Below, in pieces: positions 29,195-37,684 of a stretch of DNA of 64,000 nucleotides. Source of the DNA: Candidatus Hermodarchaeota archaeon (GTDB taxonomy: Archaea > Asgardarchaeota > Hermodarchaeia > Hermodarchaeales > Hermodarchaeaceae); assembly GCA_016840065.1 (NCBI GenBank), contig JAEOTB010000010.1:12342-76341 (forward strand), given 5' to 3'. Position 1 is the first letter of the stretch; the number at the start of each line of letters is the position of its first letter. The translations under genes were made by a program, and so were the position numbers. The notes under the pieces were generated by a model, which saw nothing but the letters and a program-made list of their open reading frames with translations, did not search any database and was not told the DNA's origin.

Positions 29195-29449
29195 TTGTAT
29201 GGACCTCCATTGGCTTTCGAATATGTAATTTGAATAATCTTCTGCTGCAAGTCTTTACAATCGCAGAGGGATTTGGCATAATATCTACAAAAGAAACACG
29301 GTGTTGATTGTGAGAACGCTATCCCTCATTTCATAACACCAAGAAAAACAATAGCCACCTCTTACAAAAACCTTTCCCATTAGGTTGCTATTATTCTTAC
29401 TGAGAAACACAAAAGAAGAAAAGCCTAATCCGCTTTAACCCTAGACAGA

Positions 29450-30208
29450 ATGTCTACTCTTCGATGCCCTCAATGCCACCATAGAGTCCATCCACAGGAT
29501 CCGACTTGTGGGTTCTGTGGCTTTAGGTTTAGATATGATCGGTTTGAGCGGGTTCTTCCCTTTATGCGGAGACCAGAACGTCGCTGGCAGGGACGGCTTT
29601 CACTAAGGCAACGTTTGTGGTCGACACTAACTGTTCCAAGCATCGCTTTCTGGGACATCGCCCGGGACCCTGACAGAGCCGGACCGTTTCTAATATTCCT
29701 TGGAAACATTCTCTCCATATCTCTCTTTTACCTCCTGATAATAATGAAGACCACTAGTACTGCGAGTCTTCTCTATGGCTTTTTAGGGGTCTTCCTGATA
29801 TATTCTCTTCTTCATCTGGTCTACAATCTACTCTTCTACGGTATAATACACATCATTATCCGTCTTTCAGGAAGGAAGGGGCCGTTCGGGGACACATTCA
29901 TCCTTGGTCAATACTCTGCATTGCCTCTGCTGCTCGCTAATCTACTATCACTAGTAGTTCTGGCAATGTTTCTACCTTCTGTTCCAGTTTCAGAATTAAT
30001 GTTCATAGTCTATCCTTACCAGTCTATCTGGCTTGTTTTCTGGATTCTCACAGCCATAGCCTCACTGTGGGGAGCAGTTCTCCTGGCATTGGGAATTCGT
30101 GAGCGCTATCATATGTCAACCAGTTTAGCATTCATGGCTACATTCACGGTAACGGTGATAGTTGTAATGCTAGGAATATTTGCCAGACTTTCATTGCCGA
30201 TTATTTAA
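29450..30208 (+). CDS. Multi-pass membrane protein with an N-terminal zinc ribbon (Yip1-domain-like)
   Basis: CPQCHHRVHPQDPTCGFCG, followed by about five hydrophobic helices. The topology and N-terminal cytosolic segment resemble the Yip1 family. Confidence 0.5.
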   Translation: MSTLRCPQCHHRVHPQDPTCGFCGFRFRYDRFERVLPFMRRPERRWQGRLSLRQRLWSTLTVPSIAFWDIARDPDRAGPFLIFLGNILSISLFYLLIIMKTTSTASLLYGFLGVFLIYSLLHLVYNLLFYGIIHIIIRLSGRKGPFGDTFILGQYSALPLLLANLLSLVVLAMFLPSVPVSELMFIVYPYQSIWLVFWILTAIASLWGAVLLALGIRERYHMSTSLAFMATFTVTVIVVMLGIFARLSLPII

Positions 30209-31280
30209 TGAGAACAAGAAGCTTTAGGGGTTGAGCGAGGCTCTTATCATTAATGAAAATTGGCTCCTTCTTCTTCACGCGCATTCGCCCGAGAATCTGG
30301 TCGTCGGATAATATTCGTCCCCGGAACATAATCTTGGGGGCTAATAGCCCAAAGGTCATGATGAGCCTGTTCTTCAACTCGGTTACGGATTCACCTCGAC
30401 CAACCGTGAATATCTCACCTTTTATCCGGAACCGATCACTGCAAAGAAAACAATTTGGATTCAAAGCTAACTTGAGAGTGGTGAATCTCTGGTAGAGGCC
30501 ATCATAGAAAAGGAAATTATCAAGGGCTTTACCAATACCCAGCAAATGCTTAAGCGCTTCTTGAAACTGAATACCAGCGATGACAGTAGCCACACTCAAT
30601 AACGCAGGAAACTTGGGAGGCGGCTCCTCAGTCTTACGACGCTGACCTGGTGGAGTGCAAGCCTTCTGTAAACGCTCTTGAGGGATGAGGGGCTGACATT
30701 CTAAGCAGGGAGTCTGAAACGGAATAACCCGTTGCACATTTCCCCACCACCCAAACATACCTCCATGGATTAGTGGTTTCTTTTTTTGTACGCAGAGGGA
30801 GTTGAGCCAGCGGCGTGCTTCGAAGTTGTCAAGCCCATCTACAATGAGGTCTACTTCGTCCCAGATGGTGTGGGGGACCTGCTGGATGGCTCTGTTTAGT
30901 GAGAGGACTTGGACATCAGGGTTTGCTGCTCGGAGTCTTTGGCCTGCTATAACCGCCTTTGGTTCTCCAATATCTTGGTCAGTGTAAAGGAATTGTCGGC
31001 TCAGATTAGACATTTCAATTGTATCGTAGTCAACAACTACTACTTTTCCTATCCCTGTAAGAACAAGATCAAGTGCAGTTATGGTACCTAGTGCGCCAAC
31101 ACCAGCCACGAGCACAGAGGAACGTGCCAGTTTTTCCTGATCCCAACCATCCATCAAGAGTTGCCTTGCATATCGATCAAATGTATGATAGATAGGTGGG
31201 CGCTTTTCCTCTGGCTTTGCTTGTTCTACCACAGCTAAGACCTCTGTATTTGGTCCCATCCAGCATGACGGCGTATCCAT
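30201..31280 (-). CDS. Ubiquitin-activating enzyme E1-like (ThiF/MoeB fold) with a C-terminal extension
   Basis: VLVAGVGALGTITALDLVLTGIGKVVVVDYDTIEMSNLSRQ nucleotide-binding motif, two CxxC pairs (CLEC, CFLC), and a roughly 85-aa tail. The start overlaps the 3' end of the E2 gene. Confidence 0.85.
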   Translation of the reverse strand: MDTPSCWMGPNTEVLAVVEQAKPEEKRPPIYHTFDRYARQLLMDGWDQEKLARSSVLVAGVGALGTITALDLVLTGIGKVVVVDYDTIEMSNLSRQFLYTDQDIGEPKAVIAGQRLRAANPDVQVLSLNRAIQQVPHTIWDEVDLIVDGLDNFEARRWLNSLCVQKKKPLIHGGMFGWWGNVQRVIPFQTPCLECQPLIPQERLQKACTPPGQRRKTEEPPPKFPALLSVATVIAGIQFQEALKHLLGIGKALDNFLFYDGLYQRFTTLKLALNPNCFLCSDRFRIKGEIFTVGRGESVTELKNRLIMTFGLLAPKIMFRGRILSDDQILGRMRVKKKEPIFINDKSLAQPLKLLVLIK

Positions 31281-31696
31281 TCACGGACGGTTCGTTCAAA
31301 CTGCGCTGGGTTCTGTTTGACTTGGCGTGCAGCACTCTGATTTAGCGGGTCATCGGGGTTAGGGAAGTTCAAGAGATTACGCAAGGTTTCAACGAGACCA
31401 GTTAGTGAAGTGCTAGGTAACCAATCCTTTCCTATAATCCCAACACACACTCGTCCCCTATGAATGTTAGGGTGCCATATCTTGGTTACGAATCGAACCT
31501 TTGGCGGCTCATATGGGAACGCTCGAGGAACTATAATCTGAATTACAAAGACTCCTCCGTCGTAAACCCCAGTACCAAGGATGAAGCCCTGCCAGCGTCT
31601 AAGATCGCCATTGATTGGCTGGAATGAGGGCTCCTCAGTTTCCATGCTCTTCGCTTCTAGGGCAAGCCTTGCCCAAAAGTCCTCTTCTGATAGCAT
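31235..31696 (-). CDS. Ubiquitin-conjugating enzyme E2 (UBC fold)
   Basis: IWHPNIHRGRVCVGIIGKDWLPS matches the HPN...C active-site block of UBC enzymes. Confidence 0.85.
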   Translation of the reverse strand: MLSEEDFWARLALEAKSMETEEPSFQPINGDLRRWQGFILGTGVYDGGVFVIQIIVPRAFPYEPPKVRFVTKIWHPNIHRGRVCVGIIGKDWLPSTSLTGLVETLRNLLNFPNPDDPLNQSAARQVKQNPAQFERTVREWIRRHAGWDQIQRS

Positions 31697-31892
31697 ATAT
31701 GATACGCCTCGGTGGGAAAAACGTTCCCTGACTCAGAGATTTGTCATCTGCCTTGAATATTTTTTCGGTATAAAAATATATATTTCGGACGAAATTGCCC
31801 TCGTCTATCATAAATTTAGCATAACTTCTCGATAGAGTTGCATAATAAAGGGAGGGAGTGGCGCCCGTGAGGTGCACCATTCCTAAAGAACC

Positions 31893-32129
31893 TCAGCCAC
31901 CTTCAGTTCGAGTGATGAGGTACAAAACATCCGAGTGTGTTATTCCTTCTCCCTTTATGGTCTGTTCATCGTTCATCTGATGACCACGGTAGCTTAGAAC
32001 GACGATGTTCGGAGGGATGCGTCGCATCTGAGCAACCTTCCGTCGGATTTCGCCGATCGTAGTGTTCGGTTCAACCTCTAGGAAGACTGAATCGCCACCA
32101 CCGATTGCAGGTCGGATTTCAATACGCAT
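31893..32129 (-). CDS. Ubiquitin-like beta-grasp modifier ending in Gly-Gly
   Basis: 78 aa. LEVEPNTTIGEIRRKV..IPP...L.Y.G.Q..DEQT...LYLITRTEGG-stop aligns by eye with the ubiquitin blocks LEVEPSDTI / IPP / LRLRGG. Confidence 0.85.
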   Translation of the reverse strand: MRIEIRPAIGGGDSVFLEVEPNTTIGEIRRKVAQMRRIPPNIVVLSYRGHQMNDEQTIKGEGITHSDVLYLITRTEGG

Positions 32130-32138
32130 TTTAACTAC

Positions 32139-32384
32139 TCACCTTTTGACGGGTTTCAATTTTCTCAATGGGATGCGCGAACGACAAATCGGGCAGACTC
32201 CTTTGACCTTCACCCATTCAGCGAGGTGGCCGTAATGGGCGGGGTTTCCGCATTTCGGACAGAACACTTTGGTCTGTCCTTCGCGAATCGGTAATCCACA
32301 GACGCTGCATTGTTGCTGAGGAGTGGTCCAATCCCACGTCCCAATTTCTTTGATACGTGTGATTACGAATCTATCCTCAGTCAT
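32139..32384 (-). CDS. RING/PHD-like cross-brace zinc-finger protein (putative E3)
   Basis: 81 aa with ligand pattern C-x2-C-x12-C-x2-C-x4-H-x2-H-x10-C-x2-C. Its stop lies 9 nt upstream of the ubiquitin-like gene start. Confidence 0.7.
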   Translation of the reverse strand: MTEDRFVITRIKEIGTWDWTTPQQQCSVCGLPIREGQTKVFCPKCGNPAHYGHLAEWVKVKGVCPICRSRIPLRKLKPVKR

Positions 32385-32548
32385 TGTAGCATTCCTTGTC
32401 GTTTTCGCTTGGCTCCTCTACTAAGCGCGTTAATAAAAATCTATGCAACTAGAGCTGATTAATTGTAGATACTTGTGGAGTGATTAATCAAAGCTTTTAA
32501 GGCTGGTGTGAGTTACCTTGAACGTGCGCTTCAGGGGCGGATAATGCT

Positions 32549-33076
32549 TTGTCAGAGGCACCAAAGTTTAAAATTGAGATTGAAGCAATTAAGACACCCA
32601 AAGGATTAGTGCCTACTGTTGAATCTCTGAGGCGAATAGTCAAAGCGCTCAATGTACTTGACGCAGATTTTAATCGGATGAATCTTAAAATGGAGGCAAA
32701 TATTCGTGCGCTCCTTCGGGAGGTAAAAACACTACAGAAGCTAGTGGCTGACGACACAATAGCCTCCGAGTCATCTGTGGAGAGACTTGGCATCCTTGTT
32801 GAAAGAATGGATTCGCTAGAGAAGAACTTGAGAAAACGAAAGGCAGCACCTGCTGACGACTCTACAGCCGCATCTTTGAAGGCACTAAAGCGGGAGATCA
32901 CTCCTACTCTTACAAAGGCTGCTAAGCGTTTGGAGGAAACAATGGCGCTCTTTGAACGACGTCTTGACGAGTTTCTCCGCGAACTTAAGAGTAGTATACT
33001 TCTTGCAGTTCGCCAAGCCACTTCTACATCTTCTTCTCCAAAGTCTACTTCAAGAAGGCGCTCTGGAAGGAGCTAA
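32549..33076 (+). CDS. Hypothetical coiled-coil protein at the head of the ESCRT-I-like operon
   Basis: 175-aa helical ORF with a TTG start and an S/T/R-rich tail. It is co-oriented with the UEV gene 75 nt downstream. The antisense 174-aa ORF looks like a shadow. Confidence 0.45.
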   Translation: MSEAPKFKIEIEAIKTPKGLVPTVESLRRIVKALNVLDADFNRMNLKMEANIRALLREVKTLQKLVADDTIASESSVERLGILVERMDSLEKNLRKRKAAPADDSTAASLKALKREITPTLTKAAKRLEETMALFERRLDEFLRELKSSILLAVRQATSTSSSPKSTSRRRSGRS

Positions 33077-33150
33077 ACTCGAATTGTTGCATCCCTTGCT
33101 AAAGATTAAATTCCCGCTCTCCCTAACATGATTCGAACACAAACGTCACG

Positions 33151-33918
33151 GTGAGTTTTATGGCACAAGCAGTGCGAAGGAAAACAGAAATGGCGATTGC
33201 TCGCGAAGCCCAGTTGATGTTCCGCAGGGCCCCAACATTCGCTCCTGTAGGCAACAATCTGCGTCGATGGCGCGGAAAAATTAAGGGTGGTCCACGTGGT
33301 AGAAAGGAATTCCTCGTTGAAATCATTGTGCCACCCAACTTCCCGGCTCAGCCGCCAGTTGCTCGCATGTTGACGCCAACGAAACATCCTCGAGTAGATA
33401 GTGAATCTGGTGCTATTCATTTACGAATCGTAACTCAATGGCAGCCTCATTATCACATCTACCAAGTTGTAAACAGTATCAAGGGCCTCTTTGCTAGAGA
33501 ACCTCCAAAAGTGGATGAAACCCAAGAACCTCCAGAGGTTGAGATGCCTGAAAGCGAAGAACTTCTGCAACGACGGTATCAAAGACTGGAACGAGAAGTC
33601 TCTCAACTCACTAGGAAGATTCAGGAACGTGATGAGCAGATTGCTCGGTTGTCTGCTCAAAGAGACACACATCGAATTCCAGTGAGTGAAGCATCAGGTG
33701 AAGAAGAAATCGATGCACTAATCCTACCAAGTGATCCAATGGAACGTCAAAAACTTGAGCTAGAGAGTGAAAGGCTAGCCATTGAAGATTTGCTACAAAA
33801 CTTAGAGGAGAAGTTTGAAAACGCTGAAATTACAGCCACAGAGTATACCAAGCTCTACAAGCGGTACAAGCGTCGTCTCTACCAAATCGAGAAAGCTCTT
33901 CAGGAGCTAGGTAAATAG
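33151..33918 (+). CDS. UEV-domain protein (Vps23/Tsg101-like ESCRT-I subunit) with a coiled-coil stalk
   Basis: UBC-like fold (RRWRGKIKGGPRGRKEFLVEIIVPPNFPAQPP...KHPRV) but no catalytic Cys after the HP motif. The C-terminal half is coiled coil. ATG 33160, preceded by GGTGA, may be the true start. Confidence 0.75.
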   Translation: MSFMAQAVRRKTEMAIAREAQLMFRRAPTFAPVGNNLRRWRGKIKGGPRGRKEFLVEIIVPPNFPAQPPVARMLTPTKHPRVDSESGAIHLRIVTQWQPHYHIYQVVNSIKGLFAREPPKVDETQEPPEVEMPESEELLQRRYQRLEREVSQLTRKIQERDEQIARLSAQRDTHRIPVSEASGEEEIDALILPSDPMERQKLELESERLAIEDLLQNLEEKFENAEITATEYTKLYKRYKRRLYQIEKALQELGK

Positions 33919-33941
33919 AATAAAGGCTGAGGCGAGATTCC

Positions 33942-34583
33942 ATGGCTGTACGAGAACGGCGGCGCGAGCGAAGGCGGGTCCAAGAACTAAAAGCAGATTT
34001 GTACGGGAGCATTGCAACCCTCGATAGCATCGTGAGGAAGTTCGAAGAGGGTGATCTGAACCCCACACTCTACAAGCGTCAACTCCGCTCTTTGGTTCGA
34101 GACACAATAACAGCACGGCAGCTGCTTGAGGCAGAGGGCTCCAGTTGGGAAGAGTTTCTACTCGAGGAACACATTACGGAAAGATTTCCCGAAGCCTCTG
34201 GAAAACTTCAGATTGCAGAACAGGCTCCTCAAGGAGAAACGCCTGAAGAATTTACGGGTCAAACTTCTGCCAAAATGGCAGCAAAAGCAGCGGACATTGT
34301 CTCTGACATAATAACCCTAATTGATATCGCCAAGCTTGGTGATGTCGCTAGGATGGATCTAATAGTTCCCTTACTTGATGATGCGATTATTCTACTCACG
34401 AAATACCCGAATTTTCCTCCTGATTACTGGATTCTCGTTGCAATAAAAGAGTGGAGGGATAGGCTTCAACAGCGAGACCCGCGTGACAAACTCTCACCTG
34501 AAGAGGCGAAACATCTAGAATTCCAGTCGATACGCTGGTTGAATGATTTCAAAAGACGTCTCCGGGAGATGGCTACCGAGTAA
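33942..34583 (+). CDS. Vps28-like ESCRT-I subunit
   Basis: N-terminal LYGSIATLDSIVRKFEEGDL..YKRQLRSL resembles the Vps28 core. C-terminal IITLIDIAKLGDVARMDLIVPLLDD...EWRDRL...LSPEEAKHLEFQ resembles the Vps28 CTD blocks (FITLMDALKL / DQLHPLL / ..L.E.Q.R.LLFD). Confidence 0.8.
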   Translation: MAVRERRRERRRVQELKADLYGSIATLDSIVRKFEEGDLNPTLYKRQLRSLVRDTITARQLLEAEGSSWEEFLLEEHITERFPEASGKLQIAEQAPQGETPEEFTGQTSAKMAAKAADIVSDIITLIDIAKLGDVARMDLIVPLLDDAIILLTKYPNFPPDYWILVAIKEWRDRLQQRDPRDKLSPEEAKHLEFQSIRWLNDFKRRLREMATE

Positions 34584-34601
34584 TCATGTCGAGGCCGATA
34601 G

Positions 34602-34898
34602 TTGATGAAGGGTTCGGCGTGGTCATATGCAGAGATGCGGGAGCGGCTGGTGAACGTTATAAACAAAGCCAACCTACAAATCAATGCCGAGTATGTCCTT
34701 GAGGACCTCGATGTCGTTGTTGCCTTCGCTCAAGCGATGCTAGGTGAAAATCACCACATTACAAACGAGGCACAAGAATGGTATGCGTATTTCTGGGATA
34801 AGTATCGATACAACCTAGAACAACATGTAGAGGAAAATGAGGCGCGGCGTTTTGCAATGTGCGCAGAGATGTGGCTGAATCATATTCGTCGAATTTAG
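34602..34898 (+). CDS. Hypothetical 98-aa helical protein inside the ESCRT-I/II operon
   Basis: ORF between Vps28 and Vps22. Its stop overlaps the AGGAGG ribosome-binding site of the next gene. No recognisable motif. Confidence 0.4.
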   Translation: MMKGSAWSYAEMRERLVNVINKANLQINAEYVLEDLDVVVAFAQAMLGENHHITNEAQEWYAYFWDKYRYNLEQHVEENEARRFAMCAEMWLNHIRRI

Positions 34899-34910
34899 GA
34901 GGAATTAGGT

Positions 34911-35648
34911 GTGTGTGGGCTTCATGAAATAGAAAAACGGGTGGAGATGGATGCCGCTTACCGGCGGAAACGTGCAAAGCTTATGCTCAAAGAACTGGAA
35001 CATATGCTCCAAACCGTAGCAGAACTCGGTAGCCAAGCAGAAAACTTCGAAAAATCTTACGGAGAAATCCTGGAAGATATGCCAGAACTTGGCGAAAAGG
35101 TTGCAGCAATTGCCCGGGAACTTGGGATAGCTCTACCTAGTGTTTCTACACCCACTGAAGTTGAAGATAAGCCAGGGCTGTTTGAGCGCATCACAGGACG
35201 TGGGCGTTTTTACGAACAGCTAGGATTACAGATACTTGATTTAGCTAAAAGGCGGAGGAGCGAAACAGGCGGAATTATGACTCTGGCTGAAGTCGTAATT
35301 CTAGTGAATAAACGTCGCCGTCACAACGTTTCACAAGTTGATGTAGCACGTGCTATCCACCATCTTACCAGTGCTAAACTGATTCCTGGGCTTCACAAAC
35401 TCAAGTCCGGTATAAAAATCGTCGAGTTTGTACCCCGTGAATTTACTGAAGACCAAGTCATCGTGCTTTCCCTTGCCAGCCGAACTGGCTTTACAACACT
35501 TGAAGATGTTATGACTCAAACCCGATGGAACAGAGAACGTGCACTCGCAGCACTTCAAAGCCTCAAAGAATCTGGCGCTGCGAAACTTGACGAATCATAT
35601 GCTCATGGAACGCGGTACTTCTTCCCTGGGCTAACTCCTTCGGCATAA
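34911..35648 (+). CDS. Vps22/Snf8-like ESCRT-II subunit (EAP30 domain)
   Basis: FYEQLGLQILDLAKRRRSETGGIMTLAEVV...VSQVDVARAIHHL parallels the EAP30 block FY.ELGVQI.E.C......NGG...L.EL.....DD..RAI..L. GTG start 8 nt after AGGAGG. Confidence 0.8.
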   Translation: MCGLHEIEKRVEMDAAYRRKRAKLMLKELEHMLQTVAELGSQAENFEKSYGEILEDMPELGEKVAAIARELGIALPSVSTPTEVEDKPGLFERITGRGRFYEQLGLQILDLAKRRRSETGGIMTLAEVVILVNKRRRHNVSQVDVARAIHHLTSAKLIPGLHKLKSGIKIVEFVPREFTEDQVIVLSLASRTGFTTLEDVMTQTRWNRERALAALQSLKESGAAKLDESYAHGTRYFFPGLTPSA

Positions 35649-35697
35649 AAAAGACTCTACTAGAGAGTTTTATCCAACACCAAATTCATTAAGCGTT

Positions 35698-36435
35698 CTA
35701 AATTTTTATTTCGAGAACTTCCTGTTCCTTGTCTAGCCAGCGGGCCCTCTTCTGTTTCACAAGAATGTCAAGGATTTCGCGTAGTTCAGACTTTGGAAGG
35801 CTTTCTAGATCATCACGGTGCTCTTTTAGCTTGAATAACGTAAATGTTGTACGTCCAGTCTCTAATGCCCAACGGTGAATCTCGTCTGCCCACTCCTCGT
35901 CTGTCTTCCAGAAAACACGGATTATTCCCTCCGCTTCATCAATCCAGCGACCTAATTCCTGTTTCACAAGACTCCCAAGTATGAATCTGACGGCACGCTG
36001 ACGGTCAGAACGAATATCATTGAAGGGGCTAAGCATTACTAGCCTACGAGTGGAGACAATATGTAGGAGGACTTCCCTGCAGAAATCAAGTGTGAATCCT
36101 GCCCATTCAGCGCTCCACTGTTCAATGTCTCCTTCTGAACTGGGAATCGCGAACATGAAAGCATAGCGACCTCGCTTTGCAATCCAGACATATCTTGATT
36201 TGAGTTGTTTTACTGCTAGTCTCGCAAGCTCCTCAACACTTCTCTCTTCTTCCTCTTCAACAGGGAGTACAAGAACCGCAGCCTCTTCCTCTGGTTCATC
36301 CTCTTCTTCAGTTGAACGGCTAGTCTCTTGTTCTGCCTTTTCAAGGACCTGGATGTACTCCTCCTCGCTGAGGTGTACTGGTTTGGGTTTATCCTCCTTC
36401 TCCCTTGAACGCCTTCTTGGCTTCTCCTTGACCAA
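35698..36435 (-). CDS. Vps25-like ESCRT-II subunit with an acidic N-terminal extension
   Basis: RVFWKTDEEWADEIHRWALETGRTTFTLFKL matches the Vps25 C-terminal block (WR.PEEW...I..W....G....V.TLYEL). Starts 14 nt downstream of the Vps4 stop on the same strand. Confidence 0.7.
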   Translation of the reverse strand: MVKEKPRRRSREKEDKPKPVHLSEEEYIQVLEKAEQETSRSTEEEDEPEEEAAVLVLPVEEEEERSVEELARLAVKQLKSRYVWIAKRGRYAFMFAIPSSEGDIEQWSAEWAGFTLDFCREVLLHIVSTRRLVMLSPFNDIRSDRQRAVRFILGSLVKQELGRWIDEAEGIIRVFWKTDEEWADEIHRWALETGRTTFTLFKLKEHRDDLESLPKSELREILDILVKQKRARWLDKEQEVLEIKI

Positions 36436-36449
36436 TATTCATCCCCTTT

Positions 36450-37613
36450 CTATGAGCCGTGCTTCTCTTCCCATTCTTTATACTTCTGTAATTCTTCCGG
36501 TGTTATTGTAGTATGAATGTGGCTCAAACTCTCAACAAAATCCTTCTGAGTGACAGGTCTAACTGGTTTCTCCTTATCTCGGATGTCTCCTGTGAGATCC
36601 AGTTCACGAATCGGTTCAAGAGAAGCCTCCCGGCAAATATGGGCAATATCTGAACCGGCATAACCCTCAGTCATATTTCCTAACTGTTCAAAATCCACAT
36701 CACTATCTAACTCGATGCCCCTCGTGTGTATCTCAAAAATCCGTACACGAGCATCTTGCTCGGGTGTGGGAACATAAATACGCCGCTCAAAACGACGACG
36801 AAAAGCAGGATCGATATCCCAGGGCCGGTTTGTTGCGCCTAATACAACTACTCTGTCTCCCTTCCGGCTCTTCATACCATCAATTTCAACAAGGAATTGA
36901 GTCTTCAGACGCCGCTCTCCACCCACTTGATCACTACCCCGCTCAGCTGTTAAAGCATCAACTTCATCTAGAAAAACAATAGATGGCTGAGAATTCCTTG
37001 CAGCAGTAAAAAGCTGCTTAACCAGCCTTTCCGATTCTCCCAACCACTTAGAAACAAGCGACCCGGCGTCCGCGTTGAAGAAGGTGGCCTCTGTTTCATT
37101 AGCTACGGCTTTAGCAATCAAGGTTTTTCCGCAGCCTGGAGGTCCGAAGAGCAATACTCCTCTCCAAGGTCGGCGCGCTCCAGTGAATAAATCCGGACGG
37201 AGGATTGGTAGAATAATGGCTTCGCGTAAAGCTTGCTTTGCTTCTTCTAGATTCGCCACATCATCCCATTTCACACTGGGTTTCTCTCGAACAACCAAGC
37301 TCGCAATATCATCCTGCAACTCCGAATCTGGACCCTCAACCTCTGTATCCCCAATATCGGGGCCAGAACCCCCTACTCTAACACGCCCACTCCTTAGTAA
37401 TTTCGCCCGGGCAATATACTGCTCTGCCCTCTCCAAGGCAATAATACGCATCTTAGGCATCCTAGAAATCCTTGCTGCCTTGGCAAGAATATCAGCAGCT
37501 TCGATGTAAATGGAAGCAGCCTCTGATCGCTTCCCCGCTCTATCGTATTCAGCTGCCTTCCCCGCTTTTTCTTCAGCGATTCTCATAAGGTATTGTGCAC
37601 TGCTCAACTCCAA
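36450..37613 (-). CDS. vps4: Vps4-type AAA+ ATPase with an N-terminal MIT domain
   Basis: MIT-like helices (AGKAAEYDRAGKRSEAASIYIEAADILAKA), Walker A GPPGCGKT, Walker B IVFLDEVD, and the C-terminal helix typical of Vps4. Start is TTG 37613 or ATG at codon 10. Confidence 0.95.
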   Translation of the reverse strand: MELSSAQYLMRIAEEKAGKAAEYDRAGKRSEAASIYIEAADILAKAARISRMPKMRIIALERAEQYIARAKLLRSGRVRVGGSGPDIGDTEVEGPDSELQDDIASLVVREKPSVKWDDVANLEEAKQALREAIILPILRPDLFTGARRPWRGVLLFGPPGCGKTLIAKAVANETEATFFNADAGSLVSKWLGESERLVKQLFTAARNSQPSIVFLDEVDALTAERGSDQVGGERRLKTQFLVEIDGMKSRKGDRVVVLGATNRPWDIDPAFRRRFERRIYVPTPEQDARVRIFEIHTRGIELDSDVDFEQLGNMTEGYAGSDIAHICREASLEPIRELDLTGDIRDKEKPVRPVTQKDFVESLSHIHTTITPEELQKYKEWEEKHGS

Positions 37614-37684
37614 TCAACCTACCAGACAGGTCACAAGCCACTAGTAATAAAACGCCTTCTTTAAGATATTGTGCGCTGCTCAAC
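37587..37684. repeat. 22-nt direct repeat (2 mismatches) at the Vps4 start and 76 nt upstream
   Basis: aaggtattgtgcactgctcaac (37587-37608) versus aagatattgtgcgctgctcaac (37663-37684). Both lie in or next to the divergent Vps4 / ESCRT-III spacer. Confidence 0.6.

Noticed and set aside
31635-31880. 81-aa ORF in the spacer between the ubiquitin-like gene and E2
   Set aside because: It overlaps the E2 start, is AT-rich with an odd composition, and the region looks like a promoter or leader (aaatatatattttta on the minus strand).
32497-33021. 174-aa ORF on the minus strand, antisense to the 32549-33076 coiled-coil gene
   Set aside because: Its Ser/Arg/Ala-rich low-complexity translation is typical of the shadow frame of a Glu/Lys/Leu-rich coiled-coil gene. 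The + strand ORF fits the operon orientation with the UEV gene. The choice is not proven, only favoured.
37075-37509. 144-aa ORF antisense to Vps4
   Set aside because: It lies entirely inside a gene with unambiguous AAA+ motifs and has no motif of its own.
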